DNA of 64,000 bases from Felis catus (lineage: Eukaryota): assembly GCF_018350175.1 (NCBI RefSeq), contig NC_058368.1, forward strand, positions 116,686,001 to 116,750,000, given 5' to 3'. A program made the position numbers and the translations under genes. Below, in pieces: positions 38,673-53,385 of the stretch (position 1 is its first letter; each line of letters opens with the position of its first letter). Below the pieces are notes generated by a model. It saw only the letters and a program-made list of their open reading frames with translations. It searched no databases and was not told the DNA's origin.

Positions 38673-41066
38673 ATGTTTGACTCTCAAAGAAGGGGATTGC
38701 GCACTCGGCGTCTGCTGCTGTCACTTCTGCTGCTCACAGTCTGGGAAGCTGGGAGCGGCCAGGTCCACTACTCAGTCCAGGAAGAGGCCAAACACGGCAC
38801 TTTCGTGGGCCGAATTGCCCAGGACCTAGGTCTGGAGCTGGCAGAGCTGGTGCCGCGCCTTTTCCGGGTGGCATCCAAAGGCCGCGGGGACCTTCTGGAG
38901 GTAAATCTGCAGAATGGCATTTTGTTTGTGAATTCTCGGATCGACCGGGAGGAGCTGTGCGGACAGAGCGCAGTGTGCAGCATCTACCTGGAGGTGATCG
39001 TGGACAGGCCGCTGCAGGTTTTCCATGTGGAAGTGGAAATAAGGGATATTAACGACAATCCACCGGTGTTCTTTCTCAGAGAACAAAAGCTGCTGATTCC
39101 TGAATCTAAGCAACCCGAATCTCATTTTCCTCTAGAGGGAGCTTCTGATGCAGATATAGGAGAGAATGCTCTATTGACCTACAGACTAAGTCAAAATGAG
39201 TATTTTTCTTTACAACTACCAACACATAGTAAGCAGACTAAAAGACTGTCGCTTACATTAAAGAAATATCTGGATCGAGAGAAAACTCCAGAACTTAATT
39301 TGCTACTGACAGCTGCAGACGGGGGAAAACCAGAGCTCACTGGCACCGTTCAGCTTTTCATCCACGTCTTGGATGTTAACGACAATGATCCAGAATTTGA
39401 GCAATCAGAATACAAGGTGAGATTGATGGAAAACGCAGCTAAAGAAACTTTTGTGATAAAGCTAAACGCTACAGATAGAGATGAAGGAGTCAATGGAGAG
39501 GTAACATACTCCTTGATGTCAGTTAAACCCAATGGAAAACTCTTATTTACACTAGATGAAAATAGCGGAGAAGTGAGGGTCAATGGAACTTTAGATTATG
39601 AAGAAAACAAGTTTTATGAAATTGAAGTACAGGCTACAGATAAAGGGAATCCCCCAATGGCAAGTCACTGTACAGTCTGGGTAGAGATCTTAGACGCCAA
39701 TGACAATGCCCCTGAAGTCACCTTGACTTCCCTGTCTCTCCCTGTACGAGAGGACGCTCAGCCCAGCACGGTCATTGCGCTGATCAGTGTATCCGACCGT
39801 GACTCCGGTGCCAACGGACAAGTGATCTGTTCTCTAACGCCCAACGTACCTTTCAAGATCGTGTCCACGTTCAAGAACTATTATTCGCTAGTGCTGGACA
39901 GCGCCCTGGACCGCGAGAGCGTGTCGGACTATGCTCTAGTAGTGACCGCACGGGACGGGGGCTCGCCTTCGCTGTCGGCCACGGCCAGCGTGTCCGTGGA
40001 AGTGGCCGACGTGAACGACAACGCGCCGGCATTCGCGCAGGCCGAGTACACGGTGTTCGTGAAGGAGAACAACCCTCCCGGCTGCCACATCTTCACGGTG
40101 TCCGCGCGGGACGCGGACGCGCAGGAGAACGCGCTGGTGTCCTACTCGCTGGTGGAGCGGCGGGTGGGCGAGCGTGCGCTGTCGAGCTACGTGTCGGTGC
40201 ACGCGGAGAGCGGCAAGGTGTACGCGCTGCAGCCGCTGGACCACGAGGAGCTGGAGCTGCTGCAGTTCCAAGTGAGCGCGCGCGACGCGGGCGTGCCCCC
40301 GCTGGGCAGCAACGTGACGCTGCAGGTGTTCGTGCTGGACGAGAACGACAACGCGCCCGCGCTGCTGCCGCTGCCTGGGGCGGGCGGCGCGGGCGGCGCC
40401 GTGAGCGAGCTGGTGTGGCGGTCGGTGGGCGCGGGCCACGTGGTGGCGAAGGTGCGCGCGGTGGACGCGGACTCGGGCTACAACGCGTGGCTGTCGTACG
40501 AGCTGCAGCCGGCGGCGGGTGGCGCGCGCAGCCCGTTCCGCGTGGCGCTGTACACGGGCGAGATCAGCACGACGCGCAGCCTGGACGAGGCGGACTCGCC
40601 GCGCCAGCGCCTGCTGGTGCTGGTGAGGGACCACGGCGAGCCGGCGCTGACGGCCACGGCCACCGTGCTGCTGTCGCTGGTGGAGAGCGGCCAGGCGCCC
40701 AAGGCCTCGTCGCGGGTGTTGGCGGGCGCCGCTGGCGCGGAGACGGCGCTGGTGGATGTCAACGTGTACCTGATCATCGCCATCTGCGCGGTGTCCAGCC
40801 TGCTGGTGCTCACGCTGCTGCTGTACGTGGCGCTGCGGTGCTCGGCGCCGCCCAGCGAGGGCGCGTGCGGGCCGGGGAAGCCCACGCTGGTGTGTTCCAG
40901 CGCGGTGGGGAGCTGGTCGTACTCGCAGCAGAGGCGGCAGAGGGTGTGCTCTGGGGAGGGTCCGCCCAAGACCGACCTCATGGCTTTTAGCCCCAGCCTT
41001 CCTCCAGGCCTGGATAGAGAAGTCGAAGGGCAAAGGCAGGAGGCAGGATCAAATCATCCTGGGCAG
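38673..41066 (+). CDS. PCDHA11: Protocadherin alpha variable exon, PCDHA11-like
   Basis: ATG 38673 (MFDSQRRGL), donor CAG|GTGAGT after 41066 (798 codons). [20 protein letters not shown] and SLMS.KPNG resemble human A11. Confidence 0.9.
39129..39142 (+). promoter_or_regulatory. eCBS, exon 6
   Basis: CCTCTAGAGGGAGC at the homologous position. Confidence 0.7.
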
Positions 41067-41368
41067 GTGAGTTCTATAGATTCCTCTTCTTTTGAAGTCT
41101 ATGTTAAATTTTGAAAAATCCAGTTTATTTCATAGAAAAATTTAATGAATACTCTGTTTTGAGTATTAATGTTTTAAATGAGTATGAAGTTTTTAAAGAA
41201 CAATTTCCTTTAGTGAAATGTCAAATGGGATAAAAATCCAATTTTAATCATGAGAAGAATCAGGTTTTTAGCCAATAAATGTCCCATTTCTCCTAATGTT
41301 TTGGTATAAAATAGTGAAAGAAGATGTTTCTCCTCTCATCACTTTATGAGCAACAATTTCTAATTTTC

Positions 41369-41736
41369 TTTTTTTAATTAATTTTTTAAATTTACATCCA
41401 AGTTAGTTAGCTTATAGTGCAACAGTGATTTCAGGAATAGATTCCTTAATGCCCCTTACCCATTCAGCCCACCCCCCTTCCCACAACCCCTCCAGTAACC
41501 CTCTGTTTGTTCTCCATACTTAAGAGTCTCTTATGTTTTGTTCCTCTCTCTGCTTTTATATTACTTTTGCTTCCCTTCCCTTATGTTCATGTTTTGTATC
41601 TTAAAATTCTCATATGAGTGAAGCCATATGATATTTGTCTTTCTCTAATTTCGCTTAGCATAATACTCTCTAGTTACATCCATGTAGTTGCAAATGGCAA
41701 GATTTCATTCTTTTTGATTGCCGAGTAATACTCCAT

Positions 41737-41800
<64 letters not shown>

Positions 41801-42798
41801 ACATCTTCTTTATTCATCTGTCTATGGACATTTGGGCTCTTTCCATACTTTGGCTATTGGCAATTGTGCTGCTATCAACATTGGGGTGCACGTGCCCCTT
41901 TGAAACAGCATCCATGTATCCCTTGGATAATTACCTAGTAGTGCAATTGCTGGGTCATGGGGTAGTTCTATTTTTAATTTTTTGAGGAACTTCCATACTG
42001 TTTCTCACATTGGCTGTGCCAGTTTGCATTCCCACCAGCAGTGCGAAAGAGATCCTCTTTTTCTGCATCTTCGCCAACATCTGTTGTTGCCTGAGTTGTT
42101 AATGTTAACCATTCTGACAGGTGTGAGGTGGTATCTCATTGTGGTTTTGATTTGTATTTCCCTGATGATGAGTGATGTTGAGCATTTTTTCATGTGTCAG
42201 TTGGCCATCTGGATGTCTTCTTTGGAGAAGTGTCTGTTCATGTCTTTTGCCCATTTCTTCACTGGATTATTTGTTTTTTGGATGTTGAGTTTGATAAATT
42301 CTTTATAGATTTTGGTTACTAACCCTTTATCTGATATGTTGTTTGCAAATATTTTCTCCCATTCTATCGATTGCCTTTTAGTTTTGCTGATTGTTTCCTT
42401 CACTGTGCAGAAGCTTTTTATTTTGATGAGGTCCTAATGGTTCATTTTTGTTTTTGTTTCCCTTGCCTCTGGAGACATGCTGAGTAAGAAGTTGCTGTTG
42501 CCAAGGTCAAAGAGGTTTTTGCCTGCTTTTTCCTCCAAGATTTTGATGGCTTTCTGTCTTACATTTAAGTCTTTCATCCATTTTGAGTTTATTTTTTGTG
42601 TATGGTGTAAGAAAGTGGTCCAGATTTATTTTTCTCCGTGTCACTATTCAGTTTTCCCAGCACCACTTGCTGAAGAGACTGTCTTTATTCCATTCGCTAT
42701 TCTTTCCTGCTTTGTCAGAGATTAGTTGGCCATACTTTTGTGGGTCCATTTCTGGGTTCTCTATTCTGTTCCATTGATCTGAGTGTCTGTTTTTGTGC
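41369..42798 (-). mobile_element. 5'-truncated LINE-1 with a perfect 18-bp TSD
   Basis: TSD caacaatttctaattttc at 41351-41368 and 42799-42816. ORF2 C-terminal peptides ([28 protein letters not shown]). Confidence 0.93.
41738..41798. repeat. Compound (TG)n(TA)n microsatellite inside the L1
   Basis: Read directly from the sequence. Confidence 0.95.
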
Positions 42799-43190
42799 CA
42801 ACAATTTCTAATTTTCAATGACCTACCTAGACCACTTCATTTCATCTCTAATCCTCACTAATGTAGATAATCACTATGGATCATTTCAATTTACTCATCC
42901 TCTTTGTCTTTTAACACAGCCTTTTACTTTTATATTTTCACATTATTAGGTTGCTTGAGTTTTCTCAGTTCAGCCTTGTGTCAAAGATTGAACATTAAGT
43001 CTGAAAAGATTTACCTTTCTTTTTCTGTGGCATTAAACATAGATCATACATTTATTGTCCATTAAATAATCTTTAGTTTTGCCTCAACTGATAAGTTAAA
43101 ACCTGTTCTCATATTATTTGCAGTTAAAAATTAGTCTTGCATTTTTGTATGCTGTTTTCATTGAAATAGTGTAATTAAAGGTTCTGTTGA

Positions 43191-43213
43191 TTTATTTTTT
43201 TAAGTTTTTAATG

Positions 43214-43259
<46 letters not shown>

Positions 43260-43433
43260 TTGAGAGACAGAGTGTGAGGGGGTAGAGGCAGAGAGATACG
43301 GAGACACAGAATCCAAAGCAGGCTCCAGACTCTGAGCTGTCAGCACAAGAGCCCCACACAGGGCTCGAGGAATGCAAGATCATTACCTGAGCTGAAGTCT
43401 TCTGCTTAACCCACTGAGCCACACAGGCACCCC
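43191..43433 (-). mobile_element. CanSINE with a (TTA)n expanded tail
   Basis: TSD ctgttgattt; ends gagccacacaggcacccc. Confidence 0.87.
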
Positions 43434-45679
43434 TGTTGATTTTTTTTTAAACCTGTAATGGGCACAGATTTATCTACAACACACTCAAACAGAACTCCCA
43501 TATTTATGCTTGCAAAGTTTACTAGGCAAATAAAGTTATTCATATTACTCAACCAAGTCTTCAAACTTGCTGGAGACATACACATAGGGCTATAATATCT
43601 GCAATATATGCTAGTTGGCAGTCTTTCCTAAGCTTTGTGAATTCATATAGAAAGGAAAATGTTAAGTCTATTAAAGTGAAATGAAAATTACCATTTTGAC
43701 TCCTCTCGCATTTTAAATGTCCTGTCTTTAAATGCTTTCTCTAGTGCTTGTAAAATTTTCTTTCTATGTGGTATAATCACATCTGATGATTCTATCAAAG
43801 GTTGTTTACCTCTAGGTCATTCCTCTAATTCAGTGATCCTTAGCTATATGCAGGGTGGCACAATTGCTGATCTCTTTGAGAATTTAATGAAATTCATATG
43901 TGGCTATTCTCCCTTTAAAATTGTAGGTTAAAGTTTCTTTATTTTATAGTAGGTAATTAAAATAAAATATAAAATGTCTCAGACTTAAAAGATTAAGCCA
44001 TTGTATCATTTATGCAACTTTGTAAATATAATAAATGTGAATGTAGGGCACACATTATTATCCATCTCCAAATGAAGTTCTTAGAATGACTCAAGGTCAT
44101 TTAAATTTAAGAAACAAAGACATTAGAATGATTTAAGTATATGTTAAATTTTTGTAAATTATTACTTTTATAGTACAAAAGTAGTTGATGCACATTTTTA
44201 GATAATTCCAAATTACATGGACTATTTTCTACAAGTTTTGTGTCTTTTATACTTATTCTTAATTTCAATATTACATTCAGTGGTATAAAATTATAATTTC
44301 AACCATTTTCTAGTTTAGTTGTTTAAGTATTAAGCTAATTTTATATGTTCCTATCTTTTTAGTAATTTAATTATGTCTAATGGTGTGTAAGGACTACATA
44401 ACACACTACTTTTTCAGTAAAGTTTCTTAACAATCATTGTACATTGACTATTTTTGAAAATGAGAGATAGAAAATGAAGAAGTATGGTAGTGATATTAGA
44501 CAATTTAAATAGTCCAATAGCATAAAAAATTTTTTTTTTGGTTAATTAAGAGCCAGTTTTATAGTTGATTTAAGTTATCTTATACTTGTAGAACCATTAT
44601 TGATTATTTTTTTCTGGTTCAATAAATATTTCTTACCTCAGTTCCTTTTGTTATTATATGTAGAAGGAATGGTGACCGATCATTGACTTTAAAGATTTTG
44701 ACTTGAATTTTCATGAGCTTATACACTCTGTATTTAATTGCTCACAACTAGCTGTAGGATCTTATCTGTGTTGTGTTTTCCCTTAAAGGTGCTCTTGATT
44801 TAATTAATCAGATTATGAAAAGTCCTTTCTTTCTCCCTTGCAATCGTAGTCACCATTCTGACTTTCTGAAGAGAAGCATATTTTGAGTGACTACTAACTG
44901 GCCTGATGGGAAAATTTTTAAAGGGAAACCAGAAGTTCCTTGTAAAGTTGATATTCTTTTGATTTTAGTTATTGAGACTGGGCTCCAAAACATCTCACCA
45001 GTTCTTTTCATATTAGGCCTCCACTTCTACTTTAGACAGTTGTGAAATTTGGAGGCTTTGATTCAACATTTTACAGGAAAATGCTTTCCTCCTGCTAGAA
45101 TAAAACTTCACTGGATCTGTACCCAAACCTCATTCTAACATGTTATGGGAATGAGAGCAGTTGTATGAAAAGTCATCACATTTGAGTATCGAGGAGCCAA
45201 AACAATGACATGCTTCATACTTATGTTGAATTCTCATATTTACCAGAAGTATGAATAAAATAATTTATATGAAATATTCAGTTAATAGACATATCTTAGT
45301 TTCTTTTTCTTTACTAAATGAGGGATTCTTGAGTTTTCCCTAAAGTCCTACAATTAAGTGCTTGTGAAGGAGAAAAGGCACTACAAGTGGGAATTGTAAG
45401 CAAAGTAAAGTCGAGGGTGATGTATATTATTCTTTGTTTTGTTCTCCATGATAGGCAAAGAGTAGCTTTTTATGGCTATTTTATGATAGACTTTGAAGCA
45501 GAATATTTAATAATATGAAGAATAATGGAAATGATTGTGCTTTGTTACTTATATACATTAAATAAATAGTCATTTACAAACGATCCATGAAAATATCCAA
45601 AAGTCAAAAAACTTAAAGTGTCCCGGGAAGTGGCTAAACCAAAAAGAACCTCAGGATCTTTCTTGTACTTACATAATCA

Positions 45680-45699
45680 GTCACATGATGTCGCTGTAC
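45680..45699 (+). promoter_or_regulatory. CSE / pCBS of exon 7
   Basis: gTCACATGATGTCGCTGtac, CGCT at 45692, upstream module tgtacttaca. Confidence 0.85.
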
Positions 45700-45899
45700 A
45701 CTCAGAAGGTGGAAAAGGAAAACTTTGTCTCGCGTTCAGCTTCCAACCACTGGCAGAATAGGATCGACTCCATATTGACCGGAACGCTGGGTAAATTTTA
45801 TCAAACATATCCTACGGAAAGGAAGACTGCTCACAAAGGTTCCCAGGCGAGCAGTCCCTTAAAACTAACAGTCCCATCTCAGAGATCTCGTTAACTACA

Positions 45900-48269
45900 A
45901 TGGTGTTTTCCTGGAGAGGAGGCCCAGGAGCCCGGCGATTGCTCCTGGCGTTTCTGCTCCTTGCAGCTGGGAAATCTGGGAGCGGCCAGGTCCACTACTC
46001 GGTCCCGGAGGAGGCCAAACACGGCACTTTCGTGGGCCGGATCGCGCAAGACCTGGGACTGGAACTAGCGGAGCTCGTACCGCGCTTTTTCCGTGTGGCG
46101 TCCAAAGGCCGCCGAGAACTTCTGGAGGTAAATCTGCAGAATGGCATTTTGTTTGTGAATTCTCGGATCGACCGGGAGGAGCTGTGTGGGAGGAGTACCG
46201 AGTGTAGCATCCACCTGGAGGTGATTGTGGACAGGCCGCTGCAGGTTTTCCACGTGGAGGTGGAGGTGAAAGACATTAATGATAACCCGCCGGTGTTCAG
46301 AGAAGTAGAACAAAAGGTACTTATCTCTGAATCTGCACCTCTGGATTCTCATTTTCCTCTAGAGGGCGCTTCCGATGCGGACATCGGCGTAAACTCTCTT
46401 CTGACCTATAGGTTAGGTATAAATGAGTATTTTACTCTTAAATTAATAACGAAAAACGATAAAAGTATATTGCCTGAACTAGTTCTACGGAAGTCATTGG
46501 ATAGAGAGGAAACGCCAGAACTTAATATATTGCTGACCTCCCAGGATGGCGGTAAACCCGAGCTAACAGGATCTGTTCAGATTAAAATAAGCATCCTGGA
46601 TGTGAATGACAACGCTCCGGAGTTTGATAAGCCTGGCTATAGAGTAGTGTTGTTTGAAAATGTCCCAAACGGCACGAGAGTGATTCAATTAAATGCTTCT
46701 GATCTAGACGAAGGGGTCAATAGAGAAATTTCCTATGCAATCAGACTGATTTTGCCAGTGAGTGAGAAATGCATGTTTTCAATAAATGCAGAAACAGGTG
46801 AAATCAGAATATATGGGAAATTGGATTTTGAAGAGAATAATGAGTATGAAATTCAGGTTAACGCCATTGATAAAGGGATTCCTTCCATGGCAGGTCACTG
46901 CACAGTCCTAGTGGAAGTTCTGGACCTGAATGACAATACCCCTGAGGTAATGATTACTTCGTTGTCTCCCCCGGTGAGAGAGGATGTTCAGGTGGGCACT
47001 GTCATCGCCTTGATCAGCGTGTCCGACCGTGACTCTGGCGCCAACGGGCAGGTGACCTGCTCACTAACACCCCATGTCCCTTTCAAGCTGGTGTCCACCT
47101 TCAAGAATTACTATTCGCTGGTGCTGGACAGCGCCCTGGACCGCGAGAGCGTGGCGAACTATGAGCTGCTGGTGACCGCACGGGACGGGGGCTCGCCTTC
47201 GCTGTCGGCCACGGCCAGCGTGTCCGTGGAAGTGGCCGACGTGAACGACAACGCGCCGGCATTCGCGCAGGCCGAGTACACGGTGTTCGTGAAGGAGAAC
47301 AACCCTCCCGGCTGCCACATCTTCACGGTGTCCGCGCGGGACGCGGACGCGCAGGAGAACGCGCTGGTGTCCTACTCGCTGGTGGAGCGGCGGGTGGGCG
47401 AGCGTGCGCTGTCGAGCTACGTGTCGGTGCACGCGGAGAGCGGCAAGGTGTACGCGCTGCAGCCGCTGGACCACGAGGAGCTGGAGCTGCTGCAGTTCCA
47501 AGTGAGCGCGCGCGACGCGGGCGTGCCCCCGCTGGGCAGCAACGTGACGCTGCAGGTGTTCGTGCTGGACGAGAACGACAACGCGCCCGCGCTGCTGCCG
47601 CTGCCTGGGGCGGGCGGCGCGGGCGGCGCCGTGAGCGAGCTGGTGTGGCGGTCGGTGGGCGCGGGCCACGTGGTGGCGAAGGTGCGCGCGGTGGACGCGG
47701 ACTCGGGCTACAACGCGTGGCTGTCGTACGAGCTGCAGCCGGCGGCGGGTGGCGCGCGCAGCCCGTTCCGCGTGGCGCTGTACACGGGCGAGATCAGCAC
47801 GACGCGCAGCCTGGACGAGGCGGACTCGCCGCGCCAGCGCCTGCTGGTGCTGGTGAGGGACCACGGCGAGCCGGCGCTGACGGCCACGGCCACCGTGCTG
47901 CTGTCGCTGGTGGAGAGCGGCCAGGCGCCCAAGGCCTCGTCGCGGGTGTTGGCGGGCGCCGCTGGCGCGGAGACGGCGCTGGTGGATGTCAACGTGTACC
48001 TGATCATCGCCATCTGCGCGGTGTCCAGCCTGCTGGTGCTCACGCTGCTGCTGTACGTGGCGCTGCGGTGCTCGGCGCCGCCCAGCGAGGGCGCGTGCCG
48101 GCCGGGGAAGCCCACGCTGGTGTGTTCCAGCGCGGTGGGGAGCTGGTCGTACTCGCAGCAGAGGCGGCAGAGGGTGTGCTCTGGGGAGGGTCCGCCCAAG
48201 ACCGACCTCATGGCTTTCAGCCCCAGCCTTCCACAGTCGGGAGAAGATTGTTTAAATTCTTCCAGTGAA
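45900..48269 (+). CDS. PCDHA12: Protocadherin alpha variable exon, PCDHA12-like
   Basis: Intact frame, donor GAA|GTAAGT after 48269 (790 codons). [22 protein letters not shown] and [13 protein letters not shown] resemble human A12. Confidence 0.9.
46356..46369 (+). promoter_or_regulatory. eCBS, exon 7
   Basis: CCTCTAGAGGGCGC. Confidence 0.8.
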
Positions 48270-48362
48270 GTAAGTCATTGATATTATTTAAGCATATGTT
48301 TTCTTTAATAACTTTTTGTTAGCGTATAAATAATCTTTTCTTTTTTCTTTGTGTTATCTTAT

Positions 48363-49088
48363 CTTTTTAAATTCATTTATTTTGAGAGAGAGAGAGAGAG
48401 ACCAAGCAGGGAAGGGGCAGAGAGGAGAGACAGAATCTTAAGCAGGCTCCACGCTGTCAGCACAGAACCCGAAGCGGGGCTGTATCTCACAAACCCTGGG
48501 GTCATGACCTGAGTGGAAATCAAGAGTCGGTTTAGCCTACCGAGCCGTCCCGGGGCACCCCTCAATTGAATCTTTTAAAGTGTATTTTACATCTTGTAAT
48601 TTTTTTACCGCAAAATTATCCAGAGGTTTCTCTGACTAGAGAATAAAAACTTAAATCATTCAGCCTGGTAGTGAAGGCCTTAAACTTTCCTGCCTTTGCC
48701 TACTACTATCTCACATATCTTTAGTTAGAACATGAAATATAGCATCATTCCATCAATAATTTTAATCATATATGGTATTGAAATACACCACCTAGGTGGT
48801 TCCCTCCATTGTAGAAGTGTAGGTATACTCTTTATTAAAGAGTTCCTTGAAAGATAACTTTTCTTTAAAAAAATTTTTTTAAGTTTTCATTTATTTTTGA
48901 GAGAGAGAGACAGAGCATGAGTGGGGGAGGGGCAGAGAGAGAGAGAGAGGCACACACAGAATCCGGAGCAGGCTCCAGGCTCTGAGCTGTCAGCACAGAG
49001 CCGGATGCAGGGCTCAAACCCACAAGCGGTGAGATCATGACCTGAGCTGAAGTTGGACACTTAACTGACTGAGCCACCCAGGCACCCC
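48363..49088 (-). mobile_element. Two CanSINEs (~48363-48561 and ~48865-49088)
   Basis: T tails, (GA)n tracts, reverse-complemented heads. The second has TSD agataactttt. Confidence 0.85.
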
Positions 49089-49701
49089 AAGATAGATAAC
49101 TTTTCAACTGGAAAGTGTTCCCTTTGGAGAGATAAGTATGAATAAATGAGCAGAGTTTGCTCTAGTGAATGTGTACTTGAAGGATGGAGCAGGGGAGATT
49201 CTGAAGGTAGGAAAACTAGTAAAGAATTTTTTTATTGTACTCTAGATATCAGGTAATGGAGACAAATCATGACAGTCAAAATGGATTGAAAGAAACATGT
49301 ACAGAGGCATTGGCAAAGTAGAGGCAACCTAATAATGACCGATTCATTACAAATCATAAAAGAAAGACAAAAGTAGAGGACGAGACTAATGTTTTTAGTT
49401 TGGTCACTTAGGAGGATGAGATTGCCAGTAACTGAGATGCAGGGTACAGTAGGAGAAACAGTTTGTGTATGGTTGTCCAGCTACCAAATGGAGAGAAACA
49501 TTTAAGAAAATATTACTTTTGTGGTTCTTGGAGCATGCCATTATGATTGGAAATGTCATTTTGATCTGGAACTCAGGGGAGATTATAAAAGTAGATTTGG
49601 GAGTAATTCCCTTAGAGAACAACCTATGAAAGAATTAAATCAGAAGATATACATAACAAAATGAAATCAATGTATCCAAGTAAAGAATTTAGGTGAATAG
49701 G

Positions 49702-49940
49702 TGTGTTAGTTCCTGGGGTTGCTGTAGCAAATTACCAAAAACTGGCTGGCTTAAGACAACAAAAAATTACTTTCTCTCCACTCTGGGAACCAGAAGTCCA
49801 AAATTAAAGTTTTGGCAGGGCTGTACCCTCTGGAGCTTGAAAGGAAAATGTGTTATCTCTGATATCTCCTGATGGCTATCGGCATTCCTTGGCTTTTGGC
49901 CACACCACTCTGTCTCCCTGGTCACATTGCCTACTTTTCT
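49702..49940. mobile_element. MLT1-type (ERVL-MaLR) solo LTR, first half
   Basis: tgtgttagttcctggggttgctgtagcaaattaccaaaaactggctggcttaagacaac...ccagaagtccaaaattaaag...ggcattccttggctt is the typical MLT1 terminus. Confidence 0.8.
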
Positions 49941-50886
49941 TCTTCTTTTTTATTATTATAATAATTTATAGTTTTATATATTCAAAATCTGAGTGTATCC
50001 ATTGTTTATAAATGTAGATTCATGATTACAAGTCAAATTGGGTAGTATTTATAAGTATGATCTATATCAAAAAGGTAAAAGTATTATTTATTATACTTAT
50101 TATATAGCAATTTAATTTCTTTTGGACACAATAGAAACATATTTCTAGTTACACTCTTGGTTAAATTTATATTCCTTAGTGATGTGTTTATCCTCTGGAG
50201 TTATTACCGAGCATCAGAAATTCAGAGGAGAGGTTGAGCCTACATCTAAGACTTTAGTCAGAGAATCCAGTCTGTAATTATTGGGATGTCCATTACTCTT
50301 TTCAAAGCTACTATTTTTTTCCTGAATTTTGAGCCTTTAATATGGGCCCAAGATTCTCCAAAATTTGAAGATTAAATTTTTTGCTTATATTTATCTTTTT
50401 GATCCTTAAAACATTTAAAATGATTTTTTTGAGGTGTAAAACTTCTTTGTAAAGAAATACACAATGTTAAGAACTGTGTAGAATAAAAAGCGTAAGCTTC
50501 AAATGCTGGTAAACATTAACAGTTGGAGCCTATATTTTCAGATCTTTTGTGAATTAATGGGTCAAATTATAGGTATTCTATATAAATACTTTTGTCACCT
50601 TTGTTCAATGATTCTGTCTCTATTTTTCTTCAAATGGTTTTTCAATTTTAACCCATTGCTAGAATAATTGTATAACATTCAAAAAAATTTAAAGTAAAAT
50701 ATCCTGTTCATTGCCACTATCACATAATTTTTTGACAAAAAAGTTTTATTTTTATTGGACTTTGTGCATATAATATTTCCAATAAAACAAAAAGTAAAAA
50801 ATAAAAAATAATATATTATAAACATGCATATATAATGATTGTTTTTTAATTCCATTAAGTAATACCATTATTTTTTATCGTCCCTG

Positions 50887-53385
50887 TATTTATTTTATTT
50901 TAATTTAAATTTTAGGTAGTTAACATACAGTGCAATATTGGTTTCAGGAATATAATTCATTGATTCATCACTTACATACAGCACCCAGTGCTCATCACAA
51001 CAAGTGTTCTCCTTAGTACCCATCAACCCGCCTAGCCCATCTCCCATCCTCCTCCCTCCATCAACCCAGTTTGTTCTTTATCATTAAGATTCTCTTGTAG
51101 TTTGTTTCCCTCTCTTCTCTTCCCCCTCCTTCCCATATGCTCATCTGTTTTGTTTCTTAAATTCCACGTATGAGTGAAAGAAATCATATGGTATTTGTCT
51201 TTCTCTGATTGACTTATTTTGCTCAGCATAATATATTCTAGCTCTATCCACATCATTGCAAATGGCAAGATTTCATTCTTTTTGATGGCTGAATTACATA
51301 TTTGTACATATATACATATCTTCTTGTCCACTCATCAGTCTGGACATTTGGGCTCTCTCCATAGTTTGGCTATTGTTGATAATGCTGCTATAAACATTGT
51401 GTTGCATGTACCCCTTCAAATCTGTATTTTTGTATCCTTTGGGTTAATACCTAATAGTGCAATTGCTGGATTGTAGGGTAGTTCTATTTTTAGTTTCTTG
51501 AGGAACCTCTATACTGTTCTCCAGAGTGGCTGCACTAGTTTGCATTCCCACCAACAGTGCAAGAGGATTCCTTTTGCTCTGCACCCTCAACAACACCTGT
51601 TGTTTCTTGTGTTGTTAATTTTAGCCATTTTGACAGCTGTGAGGTGGTATCTCATTGTGGTTTTGATGTTTATTTCCCTGGTGATGAGTGATGTGGAGCA
51701 TCTTTTCATGTATTAGTTAGCCATCTGTATGCCTTCTTTGGAAAAGTGTCTATTTATGTCTCCTACCCATTTTTTAACTGGGCTATTTATTTTTTTGGGT
51801 GTTGAGTTTGATAAATTCTTTACAGATTTTGGATACTAACTCTTTATCAAATATGTCATTACAAATATCTTCTCTTAGGGGCGCCTGGGTGGCGCAGTCG
51901 GTTAAGCGTCCGACTTCAGCCAGGTCACGATCTCGCGGTCTGTGAGTTCGAGCCCCGCGTCGGGCTCTGGGCTGATGGCTCAGAGCCTGGAGCCTGTTTC
52001 TGATTCTGTGTCTCCCTCTCTCTCTGCCCCTCGCCCGTTCATGCTCTGTCTCTCTCTGTCCCAAAAATAAATAAACGTTGAAAAAAAATTAAAAAAAAAC
52101 AACAAATATCTTCTCTTATTCTGTAGGTTGCCTTTTAGTTTTGTTGATTGTTTCCTTTGCTGTGCAGAAGCTTTTTATTTTGATGAGGTCCCAATAGTTC
52201 ATCTTTGCTTTTGTTTACTTTGCCTTCAGCGACATGCCTGGTAAGAAGTTGCTCTGATTGAAGTCAAAGAGGTTTCTGCCTGTGTTCTCCTCCAGTATTT
52301 TGATGGTTTCCTATCTCATATTTAGGTCTTTCACCCATTTTGAATTATTTTTGTGTATGGTGTAAAAAAGCGGTCCAGTTTCATTCTTCTGCATGTTGCC
52401 ATCTAGTTTTCCCAACACCGTTTATTGAAGAGACTGTCTTTTTTCCACTGGATACTCTTTCCTACTTTGAAGATTAGTTGACTATATATTCGTGGGTTCA
52501 TTTCTGGGTTTTCTATTCCATTCAATTGGTCTATGTGTCTGTTTTTGTGACAGTACCTTATCTTTGTAATACAGCTTGAAATCCAGAATTGTGATGCCTC
52601 TAGATTTTTTTTAAGGTTTGCTTTGGCTATTTGGGGTCTTCTGTGATTCCATACAAATTTTAGGATTGTATGTTCTAGCTCTTCGAAAAATGCTGGTGGT
52701 ATTTTGACAAGGATTGCATTAAATGTGTCGATTGCTTTGGGTAGTATAGACATTTTAGCAATGTTTCTTCTCCAATCCACGAGCGTGGAATGCTTTTCCA
52801 TTTCTTTGTGTCCTCTTCGATTTCTTTCATAAGTGTTCTATAGTTTTCAGAGTACAGATTTTTTATCTCTTTAGTTAGGTTTTTTCCTAGGTATCTTACT
52901 ATTTTTGGTGAAGTTGCAAATGGGATCAATTCCTTGATTTCTTTTTCTGCTGCTTTGTTATTGGTGTATAGAAATGCAACAGATTTCTGGATGTTGATTT
53001 TATATCCTGCAACTTTGCTAAGTTCATATATTAGTTCTAGAAATTTTTTGGTGGAGTTGTTCGGGTTTTCTACATAAGAGTATCATGTCCGCAAGTAGAG
53101 AGAATTTGACTTCTTCCTTGCCAGTTCGGATGCCTTTTATTTCTTTTTGTTGTCTGATTGCTAAAGCTAAGATTTCCAGGACTATGTTAAATAGTAATGT
53201 TGAGAGTGGACATCCTTGTCTTGTTCCTGACCATAGGGGCAAGGCTGTTGGTTTTTCCCCATTGAGGATGATATCAGCTGTGGGTCTTTCATATATGGCC
53301 TTTATAAACTTGAGGTATTTTCCATCTATCCCTACATTATTGAGTTTTTTTTTTAAATCAAGAATGGTTGCTGTATTTTGTCAAA
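50887..53385 (-). mobile_element. 5'-truncated LINE-1 (3' UTR plus ORF2 RT/C-terminus)
   Basis: [24 protein letters not shown] and NSAIKKNEILPFA peptides on the minus strand. AT-rich tail at ~50887-50902. Confidence 0.92.
51878..52101 (+). mobile_element. Young felid CanSINE nested in the L1
   Basis: TSD acaaatatcttctctta at 51861-51877 and 52102-52118. Confidence 0.93.

Noticed and set aside
49100..49650. Possible L2/MIR remnants here and at ~4250-5400, ~22100-22240 and ~34200-34400
   Set aside because: Too degenerate to delimit or name reliably by eye.
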